Source: an uncultured Verrucomicrobiae bacterium
GTDB lineage: Bacteria; Verrucomicrobiota; Verrucomicrobiia; Chthoniobacterales; JAFAMB01
DNA length: 64,000 nt
Direction of reading: 5' to 3'
NCBI GenBank assembly: GCA_963837955.1
Contig: CAWIPH010000002.1
Coordinates: 3,008,001 to 3,072,000, forward strand
The first letter of the stretch is position 1. Each line of letters opens with the position of its first letter. Made by a program: the position numbers and the translations under genes. Under the pieces are notes generated by a model, which was not told the origin of the DNA, did no database searches, and saw only the letters and a list, made by a program, of their open reading frames with translations. This document shows positions 30,210 through 39,291 of this stretch, piece after piece.

Positions 30210-30956
30210 ATGACTTTAACTCCTCTCGAGTTCCTTCGTGTCTGCTGCATGATCCTGACAACCGCGTGGTTCTGCGGGCCCCTGCGAGCTCAAACCTCTG
30301 TCTCGCTTACCGTTCCTGGCACCTCAGATATTTTTGCGGCCGGCCTCTCCTCCGTTCCGAATTTACCGGCGGGCGGCGGCTCTTTGCCGATTGACCTGAC
30401 CTTGAATAGTGTTCCGATCCTTACCTTCCAGACGACCGGCACCATAATCCTCGATAACACCACACCCACCAGCCAAAGCGGTCCCGACGGGGGCAGCTTC
30501 CAGGGCCCGACTGATATCAATTCACTCGGCGGTATTTCGGGAATAAAGGCCCCCAACACTGGGTTCCTTGTCGGAGTCTTCCTTCCGGCAGCCGGCCAAT
30601 CTTCCAACCCGCCGCCAACTCTGGATTTTAACACTATCGGAACGAACTTCACTACCCTTGCTCCAGCGCTCGGTCAGGTTTTCTTCATCGGCGACGGCCT
30701 GACCGGAACCGGCTATGGCACCGTTCAACAGTTTATTGTTCCGAATGGCGCTACCAATCTATTCCTCGGTATCGCCGATGCAGATAACGTGCAGGGACCT
30801 CCGGGACACTACGGAGATAACGGCGGCCAATTTAATGTAACGGTTACGTCTGTGCCGGAAACCTCGACCTGGGTTCTGCTGTTGCTTGGCCTAGGCTTGG
30901 TCAGCGTTTTGTCTGTTGCACAACGGCGCGAGCCTGCGCATCTATCTTTTCACTGA
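30210..30956 (+). CDS. PEP-CTERM sorting-domain surface protein
   Basis: Signal peptide, Gly/Thr-rich body, C-terminal VPETSTWVLLLLGLGLVSVLSVAQRR (VPE + TM + basic residues). Confidence 0.88.
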   Translation: MTLTPLEFLRVCCMILTTAWFCGPLRAQTSVSLTVPGTSDIFAAGLSSVPNLPAGGGSLPIDLTLNSVPILTFQTTGTIILDNTTPTSQSGPDGGSFQGPTDINSLGGISGIKAPNTGFLVGVFLPAAGQSSNPPPTLDFNTIGTNFTTLAPALGQVFFIGDGLTGTGYGTVQQFIVPNGATNLFLGIADADNVQGPPGHYGDNGGQFNVTVTSVPETSTWVLLLLGLGLVSVLSVAQRREPAHLSFH

Positions 30957-32192
30957 ATGATGTGCACCCAGCTCCTTGGTCTGCTGTTTCAGGATTGCAG
31001 CCCTCAAGGACGCGGCCTGAGACCGACTTCATCTGTCATGGCTCCATCTAGGACGGCCCGCCGCGGTGGGCCACGCTGCAAAGAGCATATCTGGCCGTCA
31101 CCCCGCTGTAAGAGGTGGTCGAGCGACTGGCTATCCCTGGCCCTGGTCACGTTGCTTACTACCTGCTACCTTGCAGCCGCTCAGTCGACTCCCACGCCGT
31201 CGCCGGTCGAGCATCAGGCAGAAAATTCATTCATCTGGCAAACCTGGACTGACCGCCGACCGATCGGACAACTGATCCTGGCTGGGGCTAGTAGGGGAAA
31301 AGAGGATCCTCCTGGGAGTGACAGTTGGACGGACTGGAACAAATGGAATTTGCCCAACGTCGATTACCGGACCCCGGCCGGGCTAACAGATTTCCATCAG
31401 AAGATGTTGGCTTACTGCGCGACCACCCGGGACAACATCCTGAAAGTTGGCGGTCAGGGCGTTATTGTGTGGGATATTGAAGGCGAAGGCCGAGGGTATT
31501 TGACCTTCCTCGGTGATCCCCGGCTCACCCATGCATGTGCTCCAGAGGTGGATTCAATCGCAGACGAAATGTTTGCGATCTTTAAGAAGGCCGGGCTAAG
31601 GATCGGCGTCTGCTTACGTGCCGATACGATCGCCTTAAAGGCGGATGGACTTCCGGTCTCCCAGACTCACCAATCCTATTATAAATCTCGCGCCCAAGCA
31701 GTCGGAGATCTAGACGCCAAGCTTTCCTACGCAAAGAACAGGTGGGGCTGTACGATCTTTTACATCGACTCGAATGGGGACGACGGACAATACATCGGAG
31801 AGAAAGACCGCGCCGGCATTTATCCGGCCAGTGTTTATCAGGAACTGTTTCGGCGCCATCCGGATTGCCTCTTCTGCCCAGAAGAATATTACAACAACGG
31901 CACCGGAGGATCGAATGACAGCTACTCGCGGGTCACTGCTCCCTATGAAGAGCTCCGGGTCTCTTCTCCTGCAGTGGGAGGCGTCTCAGATTATCCCGCC
32001 GGTACCCGCAACCAGTTCCCTGGGGCCTTTATGCTCCTCTGCATCTCCGATGGCGACATCAAAGGCAACAAGGCGAAGCTCGTCGCGGGCGTAAGAGCGG
32101 GAAATATCCTCTTGTTCCGCGCTTGGTTCTGGTCACATGAGATGGATGACGTCACAGAGATTCTCAACGCAGCCAAATCCGCGCACCGTTAG
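30957..32192 (+). CDS. Hypothetical secreted protein, paralog of 29011-30036; true start probably downstream
   Basis: Signal-like LALVTLLTTCYLAAA followed by WTDRRPIG, IVWDIEGE, RWGCTIFYIDSN, GNILLFRAW. Confidence 0.7.
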   Translation: MMCTQLLGLLFQDCSPQGRGLRPTSSVMAPSRTARRGGPRCKEHIWPSPRCKRWSSDWLSLALVTLLTTCYLAAAQSTPTPSPVEHQAENSFIWQTWTDRRPIGQLILAGASRGKEDPPGSDSWTDWNKWNLPNVDYRTPAGLTDFHQKMLAYCATTRDNILKVGGQGVIVWDIEGEGRGYLTFLGDPRLTHACAPEVDSIADEMFAIFKKAGLRIGVCLRADTIALKADGLPVSQTHQSYYKSRAQAVGDLDAKLSYAKNRWGCTIFYIDSNGDDGQYIGEKDRAGIYPASVYQELFRRHPDCLFCPEEYYNNGTGGSNDSYSRVTAPYEELRVSSPAVGGVSDYPAGTRNQFPGAFMLLCISDGDIKGNKAKLVAGVRAGNILLFRAWFWSHEMDDVTEILNAAKSAHR

Positions 32193-32300
32193 ATTTTGCT
32201 GGCATCGTCTCAGAGTACATCACTGATCAGCTGCAAGCCGTCTTGCTCGTAGGTCGCTTTCGTCCCTCAGCAACCAGTGCTATGGATTTGCTTTACCCTC

Positions 32301-33542
32301 ATGGCCACAGACACAGGACGGAATTTGAAGGAATCGAACGCAGCACCGGCAGGAAGCGAAACCGTTTTACTCGTTTTGGTGGCTGCCAGCTTCTCCCATC
32401 TCCTCAATGACACCATTCAATCCCTTATCCCGGCGATTTATCCGGTTCTGAAGGATTCGTTTCGGCTCAACTTTGCCCAAATCGGTTTGATCACGCTAAC
32501 TTTCCAGCTGACCGCTTCGTTGCTGCAGCCGCTGGTGGGTCTTTATACCGACCATCGGCCGCAGCCATTTTCGTTAGCCATCGGAATGGCCTTATCCTTG
32601 GTAGGGCTGGTTCTGCTCGCGTTCGCTAATAACTACCCAATGATCTTGGTGGCCGCAGCTTCCGTTGGGTTGGGCTCTTCCATTTTTCACCCCGAAGCAT
32701 CTCGCCTAGCCCGCCTCGCTTCTGGCGGCCGCTACGGGTTTGCCCAATCACTTTTTCAAGTCGGAGGCAATGCCGGCCAATCTTTGGGACCTCTTCTGGC
32801 GGCACTGATAATTGGCGCGCGAGCCAGAAGCAACGTCATCTGGTTCACGTTGGCTGCACTAGCCGGAATCATCGTGCTTTACAACGCGGGCCGCTGGTAT
32901 CAACAAAACCTGACCCGAGCGCATCAGCACATTAGGCGACCAGTCACCCACACGCATCTTCCTCCGAGACAAGTTGGAGTGGCCCTGGCTGTTCTCATTA
33001 GCTTGATTTTTTCGAAGTTTTTCTATCTCGAGAGCATGAGAAGCTATTTTACGTTCTATCTCATCGCAAAGTTCCAGCTACCGGTACAGCACGCCCAGTT
33101 GCTTCTGTTTCTCTTTCTGTTTTCGGTCGCGGCCGGAACCATCATCGGAGGGCCAATCGGAGACCGTTTTGGACGCAAGTACGTAATCTGGATATCGATA
33201 TTGGGCGTCGCGCCCCTCACGTTGCTGTTGCCGTACGTCGGTCTTTTCTGGACGGTAGTGCTCAGCATCCTGATCGGATTAATCTTGTCCTCGGCTTTTC
33301 CTACCATCCTGGTTTACGCTCAAGAATTGCTTCCAGGGAAGGTCGGGCTCATTTCCGGGCTTTTCTTTGGCTTAGCCTTCGGAATGGCCGGCATCGGATC
33401 CGCCGTCTTTGGCCAGCTGGCAGATCACACGAGCATCGAGTACGTGTATTGGATCTGTTCATTTCTCCCCCTTATTGGACTCCTCACCGCATTTCTCCCA
33501 AATCTGGATAAAACTACAACAACCGCACCGGTCGAACCGTGA
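32301..33542 (+). CDS. fsr: MFS transporter, fosmidomycin resistance family
   Basis: SHLLNDTIQSLIPAIYP, FHPEASR, AQSLFQVGGNAG, GDRFGRKYVIW, AQELLPG. Confidence 0.88.
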   Translation: MATDTGRNLKESNAAPAGSETVLLVLVAASFSHLLNDTIQSLIPAIYPVLKDSFRLNFAQIGLITLTFQLTASLLQPLVGLYTDHRPQPFSLAIGMALSLVGLVLLAFANNYPMILVAAASVGLGSSIFHPEASRLARLASGGRYGFAQSLFQVGGNAGQSLGPLLAALIIGARARSNVIWFTLAALAGIIVLYNAGRWYQQNLTRAHQHIRRPVTHTHLPPRQVGVALAVLISLIFSKFFYLESMRSYFTFYLIAKFQLPVQHAQLLLFLFLFSVAAGTIIGGPIGDRFGRKYVIWISILGVAPLTLLLPYVGLFWTVVLSILIGLILSSAFPTILVYAQELLPGKVGLISGLFFGLAFGMAGIGSAVFGQLADHTSIEYVYWICSFLPLIGLLTAFLPNLDKTTTTAPVEP

Positions 33543-33646
33543 TGCTGCATCAATTAGCGATTGCTGCAGGCGAAAACAGCAAATAGCGAAACTGGAAAAC
33601 GCAGACGGAAATGAGGAAACTCATTCGGGCCCGCCCGCCATTATCA

Positions 33647-33780
33647 AACCACGATTGGATACTAATGGACGCGAATAAAACCAGATCCCTATTCGTGCCT
33701 GTCCGCCATAGTCCGTCGCTACCAGGCGACTGCCGCGTTATGCCGGACGCCGGCGGATACATTCGCGTTTATTCGTGGTT
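33647..33780. repeat. Imperfect inverted repeat pair (REP-like, second class)
   Basis: AACCACGATTGGATACTAATGGACGCGAAT ... ATTCGCGTTTATTCGTGGTT in an intergenic gap. Confidence 0.45.
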
Positions 33781-33793
33781 TTGAATACCTGCG

Positions 33794-34162
33794 ATGGACA
33801 GCACATGGCTCCGGTTCGGATTGAGTGCCAGTTTTTTAGCCATTTTGGCCACAACCGGATGCACAACCCGGAAGTCGGTCTCGCCGCCCGCTCCATCATA
33901 CCCGGCCGTGCCGCTAACTTCGGTGCGCGTTCTGGATCAGCTGCCGAGTCCACCATACGAAGCATTAGGGACCATCACAGTGCAAACCGACGCGGATGCT
34001 AATCGAGAAAAAGCCATCGCCGACATTCGACAAAGGGCGGGAAACGACGGAGCAAACGCTATCGTGATCTTATCAGAAAAGGTGTTCAGCTGGCGCAACG
34101 AAGCTATCCACCAGCGGCTCCGTTCGCGCCGGATCGTTGCCCGTGCGCTTCGGCTGCCTTAG
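33794..34162 (+). CDS. Small lipoprotein (YbjQ/dodecin-like fold possible)
   Basis: Lipobox-like ATTGC; YEALGTI..IRQRAGNDGANAIVI pattern. Confidence 0.6.
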   Translation: MDSTWLRFGLSASFLAILATTGCTTRKSVSPPAPSYPAVPLTSVRVLDQLPSPPYEALGTITVQTDADANREKAIADIRQRAGNDGANAIVILSEKVFSWRNEAIHQRLRSRRIVARALRLP

Positions 34163-34240
34163 CTGGGGCCTTATTTCCCACTAGCGAACGACAAGATCTG
34201 CAGCACGTTCATTTCCCTGGTGCTGCCCGTGAACGAATGC

Positions 34241-35254
34241 TCAGAGCCGAATCACTAGTTTGCCGTTGGCTTGGTTTGACTCCATCAAGCGATGGGCTTC
34301 CCGGATATCTTCGAACGGAAAAACCTTCGCCGGTTTTGCCTTGTACGCACGGGCAGCAGCCCGATCGATTATCGTCTGGAACGGGACATCCGATAGAGGA
34401 AAATCCGGCATGCCGTACATAAAACTGCCGAAAAAACTGAAATGCACGCCACTCGGCATTTGGAGCAGCGGATTGAAAGAGGCAATCGGAGCAAGACCCC
34501 CCAAGAACCCGGCCAGACAGACGCGTCCGCCGCAGCGCGCCATAGCGAGCGAATCAAGGAGGGTGCTATTGCCGACCAACTCCAACACCGCGTCCACACC
34601 CTCTGGATAAAGTTTGCGAACGCGGCGGGAAAGGTCCGGACCTTCCAGATCGACGTGTTCCGCCCCTAAGCCTTCCAACATCGAAATCCGATCGCGATTG
34701 CGGGTTGTTGCGATAACGTGCGCGCCAGCCTGTGCAGCGATGTTTAAAGCCGCCTGTCCGAGTGCCGATGTAGCTCCCCGTATGACGAGAGTCTGATCAG
34801 GGACGAGCGCAAGATTACCGTGCAGGCAGGTCCAGGCTGTCGCATAGGATTCCGGAATTGCCGCGAGTTCCTCCCAAGAAAGGTCGGACTCAATCGGCAT
34901 CACATTCGTCGCCGGCACGCGCGTGTATTCGGCGTAGCTGCCATCGATCGTGCGCCCCATGCCCCCCATCAACGCCACAACCTTTTGGCCCTCGGCGAGC
35001 CGGCCCTCGGGATCGGCCTTTACCAAACCCACGCATTCGATGCCACTCACCTTGGCTACATCGCCCCATTCCCCTTTTCTCATGTAGGTCTCGGCGTGAT
35101 TCACTCCGAATGCTTTGACTTGGATAACCACGTGGCCGGGTTTTGGTTCAGGAATAGCTAGCTCCTGAATCACTAATTCCTCAGGACCGCCATATCGTTG
35201 TCTGACAATCGCGCGCATCTTCTCTTCGTTTTTTTGAATTGTTTCGGTGTTCAT
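34241..35254 (-). CDS. NADPH:quinone oxidoreductase (MDR superfamily)
   Basis: VKAFGVNHAE, GIECVG, DGSYAEY, IRGATSALG, AHRLMESNQANGKLV. Confidence 0.9.
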   Translation of the reverse strand: MNTETIQKNEEKMRAIVRQRYGGPEELVIQELAIPEPKPGHVVIQVKAFGVNHAETYMRKGEWGDVAKVSGIECVGLVKADPEGRLAEGQKVVALMGGMGRTIDGSYAEYTRVPATNVMPIESDLSWEELAAIPESYATAWTCLHGNLALVPDQTLVIRGATSALGQAALNIAAQAGAHVIATTRNRDRISMLEGLGAEHVDLEGPDLSRRVRKLYPEGVDAVLELVGNSTLLDSLAMARCGGRVCLAGFLGGLAPIASFNPLLQMPSGVHFSFFGSFMYGMPDFPLSDVPFQTIIDRAAARAYKAKPAKVFPFEDIREAHRLMESNQANGKLVIRL

Positions 35255-35301
35255 GACTGTTTCCTTGCTTTGGGCCGGCCCTATTGGGACGACATAGGTT
35301 C

Positions 35302-35328
35302 AGACAAGAACTGCCGGGCGTTGTGACA
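35302..35328 (-). promoter_or_regulatory. Putative ECF sigma promoter TGTCACA-N15-TGTCT
   Basis: Identical boxes and spacing to 38115-38141; 48 bp upstream of the oxidoreductase ATG. Confidence 0.65.
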
Positions 35329-35490
35329 GTTTCCCGGGAACATTTTTTGGCGGACCAGCGCACCTCACGTACAGCGGTGGTGTCCTCGCAGTCATGCGTG
35401 CGCGCCAAAACGAGGACTTGCAATTAGGCTCGGACTGGTCCGTCAACGACCAAGGAATCGATGCCGGCTTCTCAGCCGTCCGGAGGACTT

Positions 35491-35702
35491 GTCCCACAGG
35501 GACGAATGAAAGTAGCCCAACACTTTAGTGCTGGGTTAGCGTTTTTTTACCCGAGACGTCCGGACGATCGACCCTTATCTGTTCTCATGAAGTTACATTA
35601 AGGCCCAAGAGGCGAACGTTTCTATCGTCCCCTACGGAACGGACGCGTCTTTTGCACCATTCCCCAGCAATAAATTGCTGGGCTACTTTCATTCGTCCCT
35701 GG
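35491..35702. repeat. Large palindromic REP/REPIN-like element (copy A); right terminal hairpin interrupted by the IS
   Basis: GTCCCACAGGGAC-GAATGAAAGTAGCCCAACAC..GTGCTGGG ... CCCAGCAATAAATTGCTGGGCTACTTTCATTC-GTCCCT; the missing AGGGAC lies at 37177-37182. Confidence 0.8.
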
Positions 35703-37173
35703 GGGGCTTGTCGGACTTTTCAATTGGGTAGCAGATCTGGTAAAAAGGTGGATGCCAGAGCGATATGTAGTCATTGATCGGCAGACGCCGATGTTGTTGC
35801 CGGTCGATTTGCGAGATTGGGTGGCAAAGGATGATTTGGCGCGCTTGATAGCGGAGGCGATCGATCAATGCGATCTACGGCTAGCTTGTACCAATGAGCG
35901 GGGTAGCGGTAGTGCGCAGTATCCGCCTGGAATGATGTTGGGCTTACTGATTTACGCTTATGCGCGAGGAGTATTTTCTTCCCGGCGCATCGAACAACTC
36001 AGTTACGAAAGCCTTTCGGTGCGTTACTTGTGTGGCAACACCCATCCGGATCACGATACCATCGCGAAGTTTCGGCGAGAGAACGGAGCGTTATTTCGAG
36101 AGTGTTTCCGTAGCGTGTTATTGTTGGCGCGGGAATTAGGATTGGTTCGAGTGGGCAAGCTAGCAGTGGATGGAACGCGACTGGAAGCCAACGCCAATCG
36201 CCATCGCTTCAGCACGCGGGAGCAATTAGAGCAAGAAAGGGCTCGAGTCGAAGAGCTCATTAGCGAGCTGATCCAACGAGGGGAAGCGGCTGATCAAGCT
36301 GAAGAGGGCGAAGCAGAGACTGAAGGCTTGCCAGCGGAGTTAGCCGATGGGCAAAAGCGCCGTAAGGCCATCAAAGAAGCTCTAGAGCGCATCAAGCAAC
36401 GAGAAGCCCAGCAGCAAGCCGAAAAAGAGCAATTAGCCCAGAGCGGTCGTCAGAGCCAGGCCAAGGAGGTACGGATGAATTTGACCGATCCAGACTGTGG
36501 GATCTTACACCGTAAAGGGGCAGGTACAGTCATTGGCTATAACGCCCAAATTGGAGTCGATATCCAAGGTGCAGGCCTGATTGTGACTAATGCCGTCAGT
36601 GCCAAAGGGGGCGACGCGGAGTTATTGAACCAAGTCCTTGAGCAGCTCGCTCCCGAGTTAGGAGCAGTAAAGGAAGTGGTCGTCGATTGTGGCTATGAGA
36701 GCGGACCCAAAGCCTATGAGCTGGAAAAGAGCCTTGGCACCAAAGTCTATTATCCTCCCCGTCCGATCCAAGTCAGTGCTAGTGGACCAAAACATCGCAA
36801 CAGCCATAGGCAACGCTTGGCGCGACACATGCGTTATTTAATCAAAAAACGCATCGAGTCCCCCCACGGACAGTGGTTGCAACGTCGGCGCCAAACGGTA
36901 GCTGAGGGTGCTTTTGGTTTTATCAAACGCGCGTTGGGCTTTCAGCGCTTCAGTCTACGCGGCTTGCAAAAAGTTCAGACCGAATGGCAACTAGTCTGCT
37001 TGGCCTTTAACCTGCGCAAACTGGCCTAAAGAAAACAAAAAGGCTCTGCACCTACCCGCAGCTCCCTTCGCGGAAAATTACGGCTTACCTCAAAGCTGAT
37101 CGCAATCCTCCCCTTTACCGTCTCCCTTCCGCCAAAAAAAAGCGGAAAAAACATCACGAAGTCCGACGGCCCC
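35703..37173 (+). mobile_element. IS1182-family insertion sequence, copy 1 (1471 bp)
   Basis: Terminal inverted repeats GGGGCTTGTCGGACTT / AAGTCCGACGGCCCC; near-identical to 57949-59419. Confidence 0.92.
35752..37029 (+). CDS. IS1182-family DDE transposase
   Basis: YPPGMMLGLLIYAY..SSRRIE, PDHDTIAKFRR, AVDGTRLEANA, TDPD, GYNAQ, DCGY, EGAFGFIKRALGFQRFSLRG. Confidence 0.93.
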   Translation: MPERYVVIDRQTPMLLPVDLRDWVAKDDLARLIAEAIDQCDLRLACTNERGSGSAQYPPGMMLGLLIYAYARGVFSSRRIEQLSYESLSVRYLCGNTHPDHDTIAKFRRENGALFRECFRSVLLLARELGLVRVGKLAVDGTRLEANANRHRFSTREQLEQERARVEELISELIQRGEAADQAEEGEAETEGLPAELADGQKRRKAIKEALERIKQREAQQQAEKEQLAQSGRQSQAKEVRMNLTDPDCGILHRKGAGTVIGYNAQIGVDIQGAGLIVTNAVSAKGGDAELLNQVLEQLAPELGAVKEVVVDCGYESGPKAYELEKSLGTKVYYPPRPIQVSASGPKHRNSHRQRLARHMRYLIKKRIESPHGQWLQRRRQTVAEGAFGFIKRALGFQRFSLRGLQKVQTEWQLVCLAFNLRKLA

Positions 37174-37181
37174 CGGAGGGA

Positions 37182-38120
37182 CTAGTTCCCGGAATCGAAA
37201 CCGGATCCGGTGATCAGTTCGCGGAGTTTGGTAGCTAAATCAGCCGGCGCCAGAAACGCATGTTCGCGAAATAGTTCGGCGTGTTTGCGGTCGAGCGATT
37301 CGAGTTCATTTAGGCGGTGCGGCGCAATATCGCCTACGCTGGCCAATCTACCCTTCGTAAATTGTAAACGGTCGGGATCCACATAGCCCGCCTGCATGAA
37401 GCCTCGGGTCTTCTTCGCGCATCGGCAGGGGTTAGCAGCGTTAACCAGACCGCACTTGTCACTCATGAATTGGTAAAGATCGCGTCGCGCGCGAGAGAGG
37501 AGTTGCCGAAAATTGTCCGGCAAGATCTCCATCGCCTCGGCTCCAACTTCGCTGCTAACACCGAAAATTTCGCCAAGGATGAAAACCAAACGCTGGCGAC
37601 GGTCCAAGCACAAAAGCATCGCGTTCATGCAGGTGAGTCGAGTTTCTTCGACCAGAAGCGGTAGCTCGACCGGAACGGCCTGAGGATCAGGCAGATCAAG
37701 ATTAGGCGTGGCATCAAGTGAACGACCCATATCGGTAAAGGTCATCCTCTCTTCCATTTCGGTTTTGCGCACGTTAAGCAGGTGATTGACAGCGATACGA
37801 TACAACCAGGTCCGAAATTGGCTCTGACCCCGGAATGTGCTCAGCTTCGTTACGATCTTGATAAGGATTTCTTGGGTGGCGTCCTCAGCCAGATCGCGCC
37901 GCCACATCATTCGGATAGCGATATTAAAAACCCAAGGCTGGTGGCGACGTACCAATTTCTCCAGGGCGACCTCGTCACCAGCCTGAGCCTTGGAAACAAG
38001 CTCCTCATCCCCGGGCCCGTTGCTCTCCGTTGCAATTTGAGCAAAGGGGTTGGCCCATTCTCCTCGGGTTTCAGCACCAAAAATTTCGTTGGATGTGTTC
38101 GTTATGTCCAATTTAGACAT
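37182..38120 (-). CDS. ECF RNA polymerase sigma factor with Cys-rich C-terminal extension (start uncertain)
   Basis: AEDATQEILIK, FRTWLYRIAVN (region 2), FRQLLSRARR (region 4), followed by CGLVNAANPCRC. Confidence 0.88.
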   Translation of the reverse strand: MSKLDITNTSNEIFGAETRGEWANPFAQIATESNGPGDEELVSKAQAGDEVALEKLVRRHQPWVFNIAIRMMWRRDLAEDATQEILIKIVTKLSTFRGQSQFRTWLYRIAVNHLLNVRKTEMEERMTFTDMGRSLDATPNLDLPDPQAVPVELPLLVEETRLTCMNAMLLCLDRRQRLVFILGEIFGVSSEVGAEAMEILPDNFRQLLSRARRDLYQFMSDKCGLVNAANPCRCAKKTRGFMQAGYVDPDRLQFTKGRLASVGDIAPHRLNELESLDRKHAELFREHAFLAPADLATKLRELITGSGFDSGN

Positions 38121-38141
38121 TTTGAAAAAACTATTGTGACA
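38115..38141 (-). promoter_or_regulatory. Putative autoregulatory ECF promoter TGTCACA-N15-TGTCT
   Basis: Same motif as 35302-35328, at the 5' end of the sigma gene. Confidence 0.65.
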
Positions 38142-38364
38142 GTGATCCAAATTAAAGAGCTTGTTAAGCGCTCGCCTATTCCGACGGCAAATTCTCTAAG
38201 AGCCTCTCATCAGTTCCAGCCTCATTCTAGGGGGCGATCCATAGCGCCACTCAGAACGCTTATAGAGTGACCCGATCGGGTTGAGGCCGACTCTGTACCT
38301 TGGCAAGGGCTCAAACCGGATTTGCGGAAATGAGCGAAGACAGGGGTCACGTAATAGGCTGGGC

Positions 38365-38745
38365 TCACCTGGCGGAAGACGCTCTGCGCCCGCATTCTGT
38401 CAGATCAACGCATCGGCAACGGGCCACCCTGTCTACTAGGCTGCGCATCAGTAATAGGCGGGCCATCTGCGCGTCGAGCTCGTGCCGTTTCTCTTGAGCC
38501 AGCTTGCGCCAACGCTGAGATGGTGGGACGTCCGGATCGAAACCGTTCACGAGTCTGCGTATCTCAGCAAGCCGGAAGCCACAAGCCTTGGCCAGCCGAA
38601 GGACGGCGACTTGGTCCACATCCCCCGACCGATACCGTCTCCGCCCGCCAATACGCTCGGGTCGAGGTAGTAAATCGATTCGTTCGTAGTAGCGAATCGT
38701 CGATGTAGGCACTCCACACTTTGCCGCGAGTTGGCCGATAGTCAT
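38365..38745 (-). CDS. MerR-family regulator (SoxR-like, C-terminal CxCx5C)
   Basis: MTIGQLAAKCGVPTSTIRYYERIDLL..GGRRRY; tail CRCVDLTEC. Confidence 0.9.
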   Translation of the reverse strand: MTIGQLAAKCGVPTSTIRYYERIDLLPRPERIGGRRRYRSGDVDQVAVLRLAKACGFRLAEIRRLVNGFDPDVPPSQRWRKLAQEKRHELDAQMARLLLMRSLVDRVARCRCVDLTECGRRASSAR

Positions 38746-38763
38746 AGAAGTTGCTCCGAGCGC

Positions 38764-38794
38764 TTGACTTAAACCGTACTTCAAGTCGGAGGAT
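38764..38794 (+). promoter_or_regulatory. MerR-type promoter/operator with long spacer
   Basis: -35 TTGACT overlapping the dyad GACTTAAA-N6-TTCAAGTC, with a weak -10 (GAGGAT) after 19 bp, between divergent merR and target gene. Confidence 0.65.
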
Positions 38795-38800
38795 TCGGCT

Positions 38801-39200
38801 ATGAAGATAGCGGCAGTTTTGTTCGGGTCCTTGTTCTGCGCATTTGCGGTAGCCGAGGACGTTCCATCACCGGCTTTGGCCTGTAATCCCAATGGGATCG
38901 ATGCGGCGGAATGGCCTCACTATGAGAAACTTTTGGGTCTGCTGTACAGCGCGGCAAGGGAGCGGCGCGAGCTTTCCGACGGGTACACTGTTCCGGCTGG
39001 ATGGCAAAAAGATTTCCCTGCAAGAGACCGCACAGTGGATAAGCCTGGAACGCCTTTGTTGTCCTTTCCTGACATTTCAGGTCGAGGTCACCGGCGCAAC
39101 GGACGATTGCTGGTTGACACTCAAGGGTCCCTCGGGGGTCAAAGCTTTCCTTGATGCCGAGCTGGCAATCGTACCAGTCCGGAACAAAGTCGGCCCCTAA
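38801..39200 (+). CDS. MerR-regulated small Cys protein (ERLCCPF motif), +1 frameshift near 38985
   Basis: ORF 38801 (..ALACNP..ELSDGY) continues in the frame of ORF 38892-39200 (LFRLDG..ERLCCPFLTF..GPSGVKAFL). Confidence 0.7.
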
Positions 39201-39291
39201 CGTTAGGCGAAAACTCTCCGCCAAGGCGCACCAAAGTTTAGCAAGGAATCGGGTGCGCGAGGAAGGTTCGTGTCCGAGCGCTTCCCGTCAG

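Noticed and set aside
32301..33542. fsr as the exporter or self-resistance gene of the NRPS/PKS cassette
   Set aside because: It is on the opposite strand, separated by three unrelated genes, and belongs to a widespread housekeeping family; nothing in the sequence links them.
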